A DNA stretch of 43,671 bases, taken from assembly GCA_000165425.1 (NCBI GenBank), contig CT868185.1, positions 496,001 through 539,671 on the forward strand, read 5' to 3'. The notes beneath the pieces were generated by a model. That model worked only from the letters and a program-made list of their open reading frames with translations. It ran no database searches and was not told the DNA's origin. Within the stretch, counting starts at the first letter, position 1, and every line of letters starts with the position of its first letter. Positions 1 to 12,913 of the stretch are shown piece after piece. This DNA is from Paramecium tetraurelia. Taxonomy: Eukaryota. Both the position numbers and the translations under genes were made by a program.

Positions 1-1258
1 ACAACTTGAACCAACTGAACCTGTCCATGAACGCATAAATTACAATCCCCTTAGAAAAGCCAAAGAGCAGGTCCTAATCAATGATCCCATTCACATCTAA
101 TGCCCCGAAGGAGTCTAAAAACTGAAACACATTATCACATTTAATGCCTCTAAGAAATAAATCACCAGCTTATCCTATTTACAATTGGACGAGAGATTTC
201 TGCTTATTACATCAATCGATGGAATCATTAAGATATTTGATCTCAATGGAGAGTTGATGGCAGCATACAATATAAATCACCCATTGCCAATTAAGTGGGA
301 AGTTAGATATACGAAGCAATCAGAACTCAAAAAAAGAATCATCTATGGATTCAAAGTTATTGATATTCTTAGAAAGTAATCCAAAACAGAAAAAGAAGCT
401 GAAATATATAGTCTAACAGATTCATTATAGGTTAAGAGGTAGAACTCATTTTCCTTATAAAATCTAAACAAAAAACCATTAATCATGAAGGATGAGTTTA
501 GTCCAAGGGATTTAAAATTTGAAAAGATTAGACACTTGTATCAGAATGAAGTTCAAGGACCAACACTTAAATAAATGGAAGCACAAAGAAGATTGCAAGA
601 AGTCTAAAATATGTTCAAGAATGACATCAGAGATCCTAAGTTAGATGAAGTGTTGAAACTAAGGGAAAAAGAAAGATAAAAGAATTTAGATAGAGCTGCC
701 AATCTTAATTTCTTGGATCCTGAATTCAGAGACAAAAGCATCTTGAATCAAAAATTGTTAAGCAAAAATGACTATCTAAAAGAATTTAACACCAAACTCG
801 AAAATAACGATTAATCTTCAATTCTACAAAGGTAATACCAATCTAATCAAAACCAACAATCCCAAGTTAATCTTCAAGTTCAAACCAAAAAGAAGCAGAA
901 CTCATCATCCGATTTTTATAAATATGCAGCCTAAAGACATTTGCTAAATGAGGCCAGTATCTTGGAATCCTTCACTTCATAGAATACTCAATTAAAACCA
1001 ATCAACAAATAATTGATTAACATCTAATCTACTTAGATTTCATAATTAAAATCCTTTGGATCTCAGGATTTGACTTGGCATGGATAACATAGGAAACAAT
1101 AGAAGGATTTGTCATAGGTCCTAACAAGTCTTAATATCAAACTGAGACAAAGCAAGAATTCCCTTGGAGGAGAGACTATTTTGAGAGACATCACAAAGTC
1201 AGACATCACATTTGAAGATTAATTAGATGAATTCACTAAGAAACACAAACTAAAATGA
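1..1258 (+). CDS. WD40-repeat protein, C-terminal part (5' end outside window)
   Basis: Frame from position 2 reads through to TGA 1256-1258 under the ciliate code. WD-like segment QITSLSYLQLDERFLLITSIDGIIKIFDLNG is followed by a low-complexity/coiled tail. Confidence 0.65.
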
Positions 1259-1302
1259 TTGTAAAGTGATAACAATTAGTCTTTTTATTAATATATAAAA
1301 TA

Positions 1303-2492
1303 TCAGTTATAGTTATAATGTAGGCTTGAATGTTTTTTGATAATTGATTTAACTTTATTATCAATTGGGTTTTTTTTATTATTACTTTAACTATTTTATG
1401 TATTAACATTTTATTGTGGTTTGAGCACCGAAATCTTATTGATAGAATGAATGGATGAAGTCTTTGTTTTCATAACTGACTGCCTGTTGTTATTATATTA
1501 GGAGTAATTAATGTTCTTATTCACATTATTACTTTGTAATTAATCTTGTTCTTATGATTATTAATTCTTCAATAGAATTTTTTCACGATGAGTGTCTTCA
1601 TCATCCCAATCATAGATGTATTCAATTCTTAATTCATTTTCCTTCATTATTGACATGAATAAATTTTTAAGATAGTGGTAATCTGGTTTTTCATCAAATT
1701 TGAGATTCTTGGTATATTCAACATAATGCAATAATTATTTGGGATAATTCTTACATAAGGTTTCACTTGATGTGGCTAATTTCTTCTCCATAATTCTGTC
1801 ATATTTGTCTTATTAAGTATTTGCTCTTAAATTTTACCAAGGTAATGTGCCTCTTAAGAAGTACATTATTACGTATCCAAGAGATTCTAGATCGTCTCTC
1901 CTAGATTGCTCAATGCCTAGATGAGTATTTATGGATGCATATCTGGCAGTTCCAGTTAGAGCCTTGTTATCCTTATATGGAATATGCGTGTCTTTGTTGA
2001 TGTACTTTTTAGCCAATCCGTAATCGACCATGTAGACTCTGTCTTTGTGTGATTTGCCCAATAAGAAATTGTCGGGTTTGATGTCCCTGTGTAGGAATTA
2101 TTTGCTATGCAGGAACTCAATGCATTCTAACATTTAGAGTGCTAGTACAGTGACTGATTGCAAGGAGAAGAGGCGATTATTGTCTGTGAAGATGTCTTCG
2201 AGGCTTTTGCCTAACTGTTCCATGACCAAGAAGTTGTAGGCGTCTTGTTGGTAGTAGCCATAATATTTGGGTATGCCAATAATAGGGGAGTTGTTTAGGT
2301 ATTGATAGAGCTTGGATTCAAAGAGCAATTGGGGATGTTTGGTGTCGGATCGCTCTATTTTGATTGCATAATCTTGTCCATTGGCTGTGGCTGAGTAGAT
2401 TTCACCGAATGCTCCAGCTCCCAGTTTTTTGAGTAGCTTATATTATCTAGGGGATAGGAGTAGGCTTACTTATTTAAGAGGAATTCACTCAT
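1303..2492 (-). CDS. CK1: Casein kinase 1 family Ser/Thr kinase
   Basis: ATG 2492, 23-nt intron 2447-2469, TGA 1303-1305. Motifs [66 protein letters not shown]. Confidence 0.97.
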
Positions 2493-2534
2493 ATCCTTAA
2501 TAGTATATTCCATCAGTTAATTAATTATTAAATC
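2493..2534. promoter_or_regulatory. Probable bidirectional promoter (42 bp) between CK1 and the karyopherin
   Basis: Head-to-head ATGs at 2492 (-) and 2535 (+), separated by AT-rich sequence. Confidence 0.55.
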
Positions 2535-5500
2535 ATGGCTGAATTTTCGATTGATAAAGTGTGTCAAGCAATCCAGGTTTTCAATTAAGGACAAGTCGAA
2601 TAGGCTGATAGTTTTCTGAGGAGCTTCTCATAATCAAATGAGGCTTGGGGAATTTGCATTCAAATATTGTAATCGAATCCAGACCCATCATTGGTGTTTC
2701 AATTGTTGCGTATTTTGCAATCCAAAATTCTGTATGACTTCAGTACTTCTAATCTAATCATTCATTAGTTTCACTCACTCCCTCCGAAGTGCAGCAAATC
2801 TATCAGAATTGCATCCAAATCATACTTCACTACAGCGTATAAAATTAAAAATCAACTAGAATATAATGTGTACTTATGTTCATCTATTTATACTTGTACA
2901 CCTACTCACAGCAAACCAAATCGATACTAGAGTAATCACATTATTAATCATTTAGAGTCATTGCCCAAATCCTTGATTACTCTCAAAACAACAGTCCTCA
3001 TCAGAAGTTTCTATTTGATGTCTTGGAGACCCTCCCTGAAGAATTGACCGAAAACAAAAAGATCATCATAGACGATGAGAAGAGGAAGTTAATTGCTCAA
3101 GACATCAAAAACAAACAAATGCTAGACATCCTAACCTACCTCCAAACTCAATGGAATGCAGTCCCAGACGATTCGATTAAGTATCACATTCTGAGATCTT
3201 ATAAAAAGTGGTTGGAATTCATGAAATCTAGTATCACAGAAGAAGAAGTAATTAAATTTCTTAAATTAGGCTATTCAATTTATGCAATTGAGCTGTCAAA
3301 CTACCCTATTCAAAGGTACACTCGATTCCATAAATAACGAGGAATTGTAGAGCAAAGCAGTAGAAGCAATATGCACATTTGTTGGTATTATCCCTAAAAC
3401 AATATGTGAATAACCTCAATTAGAACCTTAGGTTTTACAAGTGTTATTCGATGAGATGTATAAGACATTTCCAAAATGCAAAAAGGCATTGGATGAAGAA
3501 GCAAGTGAAGAGATTCATAACTTAGTTAAATTATATTCTAAGGCAGGTAAGAAATTTATCCACAAAATTCTACTCAACGCATAATTGGAACCATTTATAC
3601 AGACCCTCCTTTGGGTGTTCTGTCATGACAATTCATTTACTGAGAGTGACATCCTGACTGATTTTTGGATTAAAATGATCAAGACCATTAGGATTATGAA
3701 TGATTTGTAATTGTAGAACAAGTTCTCATTAACATTTGAATAGCTTATCAATGGATGTGTTTAAAAGAGTAAGGTGAATAAAATACTGTTGGCTGAGTAT
3801 GGCATTTCCCCTCAGATTAAGGATGAATTTGAGTAGCAATTGGATACAAGATCATAAATGAAAGAGATCATGGAGGAATTAGTAACTATCATACAACCAA
3901 ATCTAATTATTCAACATTTGGGAGGCATATTAAAGACAGAAAACTTTCCTCAAATGAGTGAAAATGGTTGGATTACGTTCGAAGCCTGTATGAATTTAAT
4001 CAGCGGAATTATTAAATAAATTATATTGAAGAATGACTAGGTTGGAGTTTAATACTTAATGGAGATTATCAAGTTGTATTTGGACGTGTATTAGTAGTAA
4101 CCATTAGCCAGCAACAATTTCATAATGAAATCAGGTATGAATTAATTCTAAGTTAGTTTTCAAAACAATATCTTAAGGTTGTGCTTAGTTGATTTCCTCC
4201 AATGAATTGTTGCCATCTCTATTTAATTTCATAACAATAGGAATTCATCATTAAGTATCCTCTGTTTAAAAGAAAGCAACTAAAGCATTCTAATTGATTT
4301 GCTAATAAAATCAAAATTTTGTGTTGCTTCATTTGAATCAATTTTTAGATCTCATATTTAAATTGCAATCAGTGTAATCTATAACTTTTATCATTTAGAT
4401 CTAACTATGACAATTTAATAAAAGGAGTAGCAAATGCAATTTGTTCAAGTTAAGAGACAATGTAAAATTATTATTTAAAGTTGTGTTCAATCTTTGCTTA
4501 AAATTTGGTTCAATTGTAATAGTAAATCGAAGAATTGTTAGTGAAATCTGTTGGATCAGATACGCTGGAAGACAAGATTAAACAATTCAGTAAAAACATC
4601 TCTAGTTTGGCTTTTGTGAATAGCTAAATTCCTGCAAATGAATCGAATGAGTATTTAACAGTTAGAGTTTTAATTGTTAATGTTTATTAATAACTTTGGC
4701 CAATGTTAAAATTTGGCATGGAGAGAATAGCCATATTTGAGCATGGAGTAGCTGAGAAAATAGTGAGATACACAAAACACACTTTTAGAAAAACCTTTAA
4801 TCAATTTTCTGTTGAGTTACTCACCTAGGTCTTTTAGAGTTTCTTGAATGTCTATAGATAGGTTCCAATAACAGCTTGTATCTATGTAGCAGAGGTATCA
4901 GCAACTGTATTTTATAAATACCCTGAATATCGTAATCTGTTGTCAGAGGCCTTTGAGAATCTCTGCAATATTACATTCCAACATTTGCCTCAATTGTCAA
5001 GTTTCGAAGAGAATCCTGACTTGACAGAAGATTTATTTGGAATGCTTGTAAGATATGGTAGATACACACCAGTGTTATTGTTACAAAGTTCAGCATTATA
5101 AACAATTTTGTAATTGACTTTGATGGCAATTGGATTGGAACATGTAGGTGCTGCGAAAGTATTTTACTCGTGGTTAGAAGTGACTTTCTTGATGTTGAAA
5201 CCCCAAGATGAAGCATTCAAAGTGCAAATCCCTTAGGAATATAAAGACAGTATTAATTAATATATAAATGATTAGAATTCCAATAAATCATCACTCCATT
5301 TATTCCTCAATTCACCTCAAAGTTATTTGAAGCTCTGAGAAAGGGACCGACTGATGAAGAAGTAGAAGATTACATTGAGGATTGCATCGTAGCCTTATCC
5401 AAACTCTCCTTCATTGAATATCACAAATTGTTGAGTTAGGTCTTGGAGGAGGGACCCTAAAACATCTTGACTTAATCCGAGAAAAAAACATGGATAGAAA

Positions 5501-5580
5501 ATAATTAGGATGTTGAAAAGTAATAGCAATTTTTACGATTGTACACAAGGAGATGTATTTAGAATGCTTTAAGAGGGTGA
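2535..5580 (+). CDS. Importin-beta family karyopherin, transportin-SR/Mtr10/importin-13-like
   Basis: N-terminus QADSFLRSFSQSNEAWGICIQIL...LQSKILYDF (IBN_N-like), LETLPEEL, and later ENPDLTEDLFGMLVRYGRYTP. Several short GTA..TAG introns (e.g. 2743-2768). TGA 5578-5580. Confidence 0.85.
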
Positions 5581-5648
5581 TAAAAATGTAAAGTGTAAAA
5601 TTAATTATATATTTATTTTATGGTAAGTATTTCTAATGAACATATTAT

Positions 5649-7040
5649 TCAATAATATTTCTATTAATATTCATAATTCCCAATGATGGGATGAAACTTT
5701 CCAATTCCAACTTGCTTAAGTTTCTCGACTTCTTCCATAGTAGTTGGGATTCTGAATTTTAATATGAAATCATGGAAATTATAGGCAGTGCTTTTGGGAT
5801 CATCTTCCTAAATGCTATGACCAGTATTCTACAACACAATCAGTCTAAACTTTCCTTGCATCTAAGCCACTGTGAGATCCTTGTCTAATCTCTCTTTCTC
5901 AGCCAACATTAAAATCTTTGGTATTCTAATTTGCAAGAATTGATTAGTTAATCCTTCAAACCATCCCATCCAAAAAGGTGCAGTCTTCAATAGATCAACT
6001 CTCCAATCCAAACTTATCAAATTCCCATTCTAATCTTTGACTTCTTTCAATTAGGCTGGCATTGATACTCTGGCTGAAGACAAAGTCATCAAAGTTGAAG
6101 TATTCAAACTCCATTGAATTGCTTGTTCATAAGATTTAAAATGTTTGGGTCTGTTATTTACAATTTGTTCCATAAATGGTAATGCTTCAATTGCACTGCC
6201 TTCCACCACATCGATCACTATCAAACCTATTGGATGAATATTCATCTTAGATACCCTAAACCTTGTCTGCTTTTTATGAAGTTATCAATAAATTTGCTGA
6301 TTTAGCTGCTATAGCTCCTCCCATAGAATGGCCAACTATTATCACTGTCTATTTTGGCCATTATGTAGTCACGTAATCGAATATTTCAACCACATCATCC
6401 AATAGCTACTAAACACTTAGGTTTGGATTCTCAAATTCAATTTTCGATTGCCCATCTATTATTTTAGTTAGATTTTTTTACGTCCTCTAAAATCAAACGA
6501 AATCAAGGTTGCATATTGTTTCACTTCGTTTGCCAAATTCGCAAAGGACATTGCAGAATGCCCAGCTCCGTGTAAACACAAGTATATGGGCGCTTTATTT
6601 TTTCCAGCGATGTATATTGGTGTTCCCTATTGTATTGTAACTGCCTTACATTTGGATGAAATATCATCTCATCATAAAACTCATTCCAATGCTGAGGAGA
6701 ATAATCATGAATCTTCTTAGTTACTTTTGCCTATTAAGGATTTTAATGATGGGCTTATCATATTTGTAATCATACAATGAGTAATATTATGATCTGCTTT
6801 TATTGGTTATGGTTTAGATCCTTGTAACTTAACAGGAATCGTATTCTTGCTATGAGTTATTTGATCATTCACTTTACTTAAAATCTACATCAAATTAATC
6901 TTATTCCTCCTCCTTCTCATCAGCGTCATCCTCATCTTCGTCTTCCAATATTAAGATAAAATACTCTGCATCTATTTCTTTGGGACTGGTGGTTTCTGCT
7001 TTTGCTACCCTTTTAGAGTTTATTTAAGCAAATCACTCAT
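5649..7040 (-). CDS. PPME1: Protein phosphatase methylesterase 1 (PME-1, alpha/beta hydrolase) with acidic N-terminal extension
   Basis: LHGAGHSAMSF, nucleophile motif GHSMGG, DVVEGSAIEAL, SARVSMP, LAEKERLDKDLTVAQMQGKF, GHSIQED. TGA 5649-5651. Several short introns. Confidence 0.93.
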
Positions 7041-7383
7041 TTTAAATTTTATTTTTAATAATATAAACTAACAATATTAATAGGCAAATACTTATAATTG
7101 TTTATTTTTTAGAAATAACTATGAGAATCAATTATCAATCCATTGTTTTTATTCCAGAAAATATTATTACTTTTATATTGATATTCTAAATAATCTGTTT
7201 CCTTGGATTTCTGGATTCTATAGGATATAAAATTGTATTAATTGCAATATTAGATCTCAAACAAGGTTGTAACTATATATCATAAGTTCAACATAATTAT
7301 TTAAAATTGTAATTTAAATACTGATTATGATTATTTTGAACAAGAGTTTTAATAATAATGAAATTGGTATTAATAATTTAGAG

Positions 7384-8760
7384 ATGAATAAATATAATTA
7401 CTAATACAGATGGAGTATGTTGACATTTTGCATTTGGATTCCTATGGGGAATTATTACAATTATGATATTCCGACATCGTTATACAATTCTTTTAAGAGT
7501 TATTTGGCTCCAATACTCTCTGATAATCAATTCGAATTTTATTATGGATTGCTGTTTAGTATTACCTCCTTTGTCAATATATTCACTCCTTTCATCAGTG
7601 GAAGTACTATTTCATCAAATTAGTTAAGAATTAAGAGATTAATATGGAAATAGAATTGCCTTATTCGTTTTGTTATTTCTAGTCTCTTTGGGATAATTCA
7701 TCTTCATCCAAGGCTTCATTCACTATAACCTATACTATATCATAATTGGTCGAATCCTCATCAGTATAGGAATTGAACCATGTGGAGCCATCCAAACTAG
7801 TCTGCTTTCCTAATACTTCAAATTCGACCATATTGTATATTCAAATCTCTTATTAGGCCTTAGTTGTTGGCTTGTGTGAGCTATTTGCTTCTTTTGGAAC
7901 CATCTCGGTGATGTATTTCGCACCCAAACTAGCCGCTCAATATGATCTGATATTTGCAATATAGAGTGGTAGCTTTGCAATTGCAATGAGCGTAGTATGC
8001 TGTATCATCACCATCGTTTATGATTTGAATGCAGAATATGTATAATAGGAAAATTAAATTTAAAATGTTGAAGTAAGTAAGCAAATGAAAGCATAAGACC
8101 ACTTCCCTTTTATATATTGGATGATCATTCTCTACAACATGTTGCTCTTTGGATCTTTACTCACTTTTAGCAATTTTTCAGTCGGAATATTGACTGAACG
8201 ATGGTATGCAGATGATGAATCCGCAGAAGAAAAGGCAGGTAAACTGATGGCCATTATGTGGGCGATATCTTCTTTTCTCACTCCCGTGTTTGGTTACTTA
8301 ATTGACAAATATAAGAATAGAGCCATATTTGTAATCCTATTGTGCATATCATTAGAATATTTGTGCATCCTGTCTTGGTTGTTTCGGTTTGGTGTAACTT
8401 TGGTATTATGCACCTTTTATAGCAATTAATTTATTGGGAATTTCTTATGCAATTATGTGTGCCAGTGTTTGGTCCAGCATTGTCTACATCATTGATGAAG
8501 CAAGTCTGGGTACAGGCTATGCCTATCTATTATCGTCATGCAATTTCTTATTGTCCATTTTGCCTCTATCTATTAGCTTGATTAAAATAAGAACAGCAAG
8601 CTTTTTCATTTCAGTGATGATGTTGGCTGTCTTAATTTTTATTACAGTCTTACTAGGAATCTACATTTATATCGTAGATAACTAAGAAAACAATAGTCTG
8701 GATGGTAAAATACTACCCATCAATTAATCATATGACCAATTAGAACAAGAGGAAATTTGA
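7384..8760 (+). CDS. Major facilitator superfamily transporter (MFSD1-like)
   Basis: Multiple hydrophobic helices, GNYYNYDIPTSL, GRILISIGIE, TPVFGYLIDKY. Three short introns. TGA 8758-8760. Confidence 0.85.
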
Positions 8761-9314
8761 GATCTAAGATATTAATCAAATATTATCATTAAAAGTGATT
8801 TAGAATTATTATATTAAACTATTCATTAGAATTATGAATCATCATTGTTTATTCTTTGATTTTCTCGATTTAATTTAGATTTTGACAAGTATTATTTTGA
8901 TTTAAAGAGTTTTATTTTAAAGAGCATTTTGAATCTGAATTCTCCTAAATTTATAATGAGTTGCAACAAATGAACTTGAATTAAGAAAGATATTCTGATA
9001 TCCTTTTTAGGTTTCTAAGATTCTATTGAATGAGAATTTCGACTTGTTCAATTAACTTTCATAGAATTTAATCCATTAATTTATATGAAAATAACTGTGA
9101 TTATATTGTTGTTAGCCTCAATTGAATCTTTTGGTAAAGATTAAATACATTTTATAATAAACTTATTAGGGATATCTATACTTCTAAGTTGATTTTAAGA
9201 GTAGATAATTTATTAAAATTATTCTTAATTTTTATAATGTGTGTATATATTCTTATATTCATTTTTGAGGACGACCTAAATATATAAAAATATTGAATTT
9301 AATAATTTACATTC

Positions 9315-10575
9315 ATGAATCAGACTCCTTCAACAATTGATATTTCTGAAATACTCTAGGATGAAGAACAACAATACCAATCCTACATAAGACAGGAAAG
9401 CACCATGGAAAAGAAACTGTAGTACTCAATTTCAGCTAATAATCAAATAAAGGGCATTCATTTATAGGATATACATAACAAGGAAGGATGGCTAATGAAA
9501 AAGAGTCCCAAGTTACTTGTAGGATGGCAAGTAAGATTTGAATTTTATGATTAAATCTATAGAAACGATACGTTAAGATTCAGGATGGAAAAATGTAATA
9601 TTATAAGGGCTTAGACAAATTCAAGGGATGCGTTGACTTTCATTTGATTTCAGTTACAATAACTCCCATTGTGAAGAACAACGAAATCCATGAAATACGG
9701 TAATGACATACATTCTATAAGTGAAACAGACTGGAACTGAAAGGAATTAAAAAGATATTTTAATTTAAGAGTCTGGAACGCAACGACTTAGAGGATTGGT
9801 ATCGCTGTATTCAATAACACATTCTAATGACGTAATTTTATCCTAAAATTACGCCTTTGAATCACGAATCCATGTGGAGATTCGAGAGAATATCTGAAAC
9901 ATATTTCAAAAAGAAGGCCGATACTGGTGACATTCTATTGTTTAGGTGAGCATACGAGTTAAACGAATTTAGGGGTCAGTCTCCATTAAGTAAAATCCAA
10001 AGAGCATTCACTGGGGACAATTTTGATCACGTAGCCTTATTGCTTAGATACAACAATGGAGAATTGTTCTTATTTGAATCCATGGGATAAACAGTAACAA
10101 TCAATTTAGAAGATCTAGGGTGTTAGTCTGTTGAGCTGGGATACTTTTATGAGGAACAATTGGCACACCTTGTATTAACAAATGGTATATAGATAATTAG
10201 AAGTAAATAGATCAAACGAATTTCTTGAAAAACTAGAATTATTTGTTAAGGTTTGCCATTTATATATATATAATAATAAATAGGGATCAATCGGCAAAAG
10301 ATATCAAATGTCTCCAAGTAAATTGATTAAACGATTTACAAAGTCAAGTGAATCTATCGATGACCTTGAGAAAGAAGATAAGACCTTCTTTTGTTCTGAA
10401 CTTATAGCAGCAGCGTAATATCTTCTGTGAATTTAGTTATAAGAAGATGGGGATCATTGATGCAAACAGATGCGCTGCGTCTTATTGGCCAGGTATTTTT
10501 GCATAAAATTCTAAACTCCAATTAACAAAGGGATATCTAAAGCAAGAACTACTCATAGATTTTTCTTTAGTTTGA
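9315..10575 (+). CDS. PH domain plus permuted papain-like NlpC/P60 (YiiX/YaeF, peptidase C92-like) protein
   Basis: PH: KEGWLMKKSPKLLVGWQKRYVKI...LEDWYRCI. Then DTGDILLFRG...FDHVALLL...FES...GKRY...FFCSELIAAAYKKMG, i.e. His before Cys. Multiple short introns. TGA 10573-10575. Confidence 0.82.
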
Positions 10576-10628
10576 AAATAATTGTGATAGATTATTTAAT
10601 AATTAACAAACTTTTTTTAGAAGTTAAA

Positions 10629-12523
10629 TCAATATAAACATTCCAATTGATGTCTCATTTCTTCTTAAATCAAATTTATTTCCCTCTGCTAAAAGTAATT
10701 CCACGTTCTCAATGAATATGGTCCAATTCCATACAGACTCTGATTTAATTGATCCAACACTATCTTTTACATATTAAAATTAGGCGCATACAATTCATCA
10801 CTATATTTCATCTTTGATTATGAATTATTATAAATTTTAACCAAAGAATCATTCTTATCCTAATGTAAGAACAGGATCTCCTTAGTCTCCTTAGAAATTA
10901 TCATATCCAAAGGGTTACTTTGCAATTTCTTATGGAACAGTACCTCATTTCTTTACAAATTCCATAACAAGCATTCATCAGAGCTTGAACTTGAGTATAC
11001 AATGTTATTAGTATTACTGGGAGTGAATAAAGCTTTTAATGAACTATGAGTTATTTATTCGTAGCTGAATTGTTCAATCTTTGGATTTCTAATATCCAAA
11101 TGAATAAAACCATTAGTCATAGTAACCAAAACATTGTAGTCATTCACATCAATGTATTTGATCATCTAAGTGTCCTCCAAACATAATTCATCCAATTACT
11201 TAAAAGTGGGAAATTCTTCTTCCATATCCCCTTTTATTTCATCAAATTCTTCATCCAATTAAAAGTTAGTTTCATTGAACAGGTTTGGATCTAATGGTTT
11301 TGCCAATGGACTTTCTATTATAGATGTTCCAAATCTAGGTAACATTGGAGATTAAATTGAGCTTGCCCTGAGAAATTGCTTGTTTTTATTTTTTTACAAA
11401 GTAAGTGATAAGCATTTAGTTTCATTCATTCTTTCATCTAGAATTAATAATTCCTAATTTTAATATACAAATTTACGTTGTTTTTAGTGCCAACAAATAT
11501 ATTTTGCTTAGATTGAGTGATGAATATTGGTTAGGAATGCTATTATAAATTACAATTGTATTAATTATTCAACCCATAATAATGATAGACTTGATTCTTA
11601 AAATAGTTCCACCCCATCACATTACCCTTGTCTGTACCTGTGATAATCATCTCATCTGAAAACTCCTTATCACAAATACACATTGATAGAAACTTTGAAT
11701 CATGTTCAGGCAAATCGCAAATCCTCTCAGTTCTAAATGTGTCATTTATGAGTTCTATTCTTGATAGGTGATTCCCATTATTGATCAAAATACCATTTTA
11801 TTATTTCAAGGCCACAAAGTTATTGAGATCTTGTCTACATTGGGAATATGAACCATCAAAAGCAGAAAAATATTAAATATTCTATTAGATAAGTTAAATT
11901 ATTACTTTTCTAATAATTCTTAATTCATCCATCAATTAATGAAATTTTTTATTCACTTTTGGATCCAAGTTCTTTTATTTCGGTTAATTCTCATTCCTTA
12001 AGACCAGACCCTCAATATGATTATGATCTTATAATTTTTTTGGAGTCTCCTCACTAGATAATATGTGCAATGGCTTTTGATGACTTTTTTTCTACTTCTC
12101 CAGAAATTTCTCAAGCTTAGATATCTTCCTCAAACTCTCCTCTGTGTACTTAGATTATTTGATTAGAGCATCAGAAAATGTTACAGGCTCATGATTGGCT
12201 GCTCCAACCCTATTACTCACTTAATATCCTTTATTCATGGGAGTTTTCGATAGAACTTCGTCTCTTTCCTAAAAATATGAATAAAAGATAGATACAATTT
12301 CTTTGAATGGAACTGCAAGACATCTTGGAGTGTTAAAGATTATATTCTACTAATTGTAAATAGATGTTTTGTTTAATTTTGCTGAGATTGTTTACGCATG
12401 AGTAAAGCTCTAATATTAAAATGCATTAGGCATAGGTGATTCTTCACATGAAAATTCAGATATCACAGATGTAGTTGATGATTTTGGCACATTATGCTTA
12501 AATTTCACAGAATTATTCTTCAT
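10629..12523 (-). CDS. WD40 beta-propeller protein, divergent Cdc20/Fizzy-like
   Basis: Disordered S/T-P-rich N-terminus, then IITGTDKGNVMGWN, FIHLDIRNP, SSSSDECLLWNL, KETKEILFLH, SLRTWNYF. TGA 10629-10631. Confidence 0.6.
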
Positions 12524-12913
12524 TTTTATTATTCTTAATCAAAGTCCAAAATTCAGCAAAGAGTAATCTTGAGAGTGAAAATTAGCATTTTTCACTAAAA
12601 AAATGTAAATATAAACTATTATATTTTGATAATTTAAATTTCTTAATTTATGCAAAATATATTATCATTAGAATTGCTATTATTATTTTGATTGCCCATT
12701 ACCGAGAAAATCTTATAAATATTTTAATAATTAGAAACTACCATTTTTAATTTCTTGATTAATGAATATCATGATATACTATTGTCAAAGGATATCAAAA
12801 TATCATTTTAACTAAGAAAGAGAACTCTATTGAATTTTAGCCAATTCTTATTCCAAAAACAATATTACAAACAAAATATAAAAATAATAATGTTTTGATA
12901 CTAATATTCATTT

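Noticed and set aside
8761..9314. Unusually long (about 550 bp) intergenic region with short coding-like stretches
   Set aside because: No recognisable motif, RNA gene or sustained frame. It may be a remnant, but I cannot support a call.
12761..12807. Imperfect hairpin (AATGATATTTTGATAT...ATATCATGATATTCATT on the minus strand) downstream of the TGA-containing GTPase gene, considered as a SECIS
   Set aside because: The ATGA is Watson-Crick paired rather than forming a GA/GA quartet, and the AA spacing is not canonical. Such stems arise easily in very AT-rich DNA. Not accepted without a covariance-model hit.
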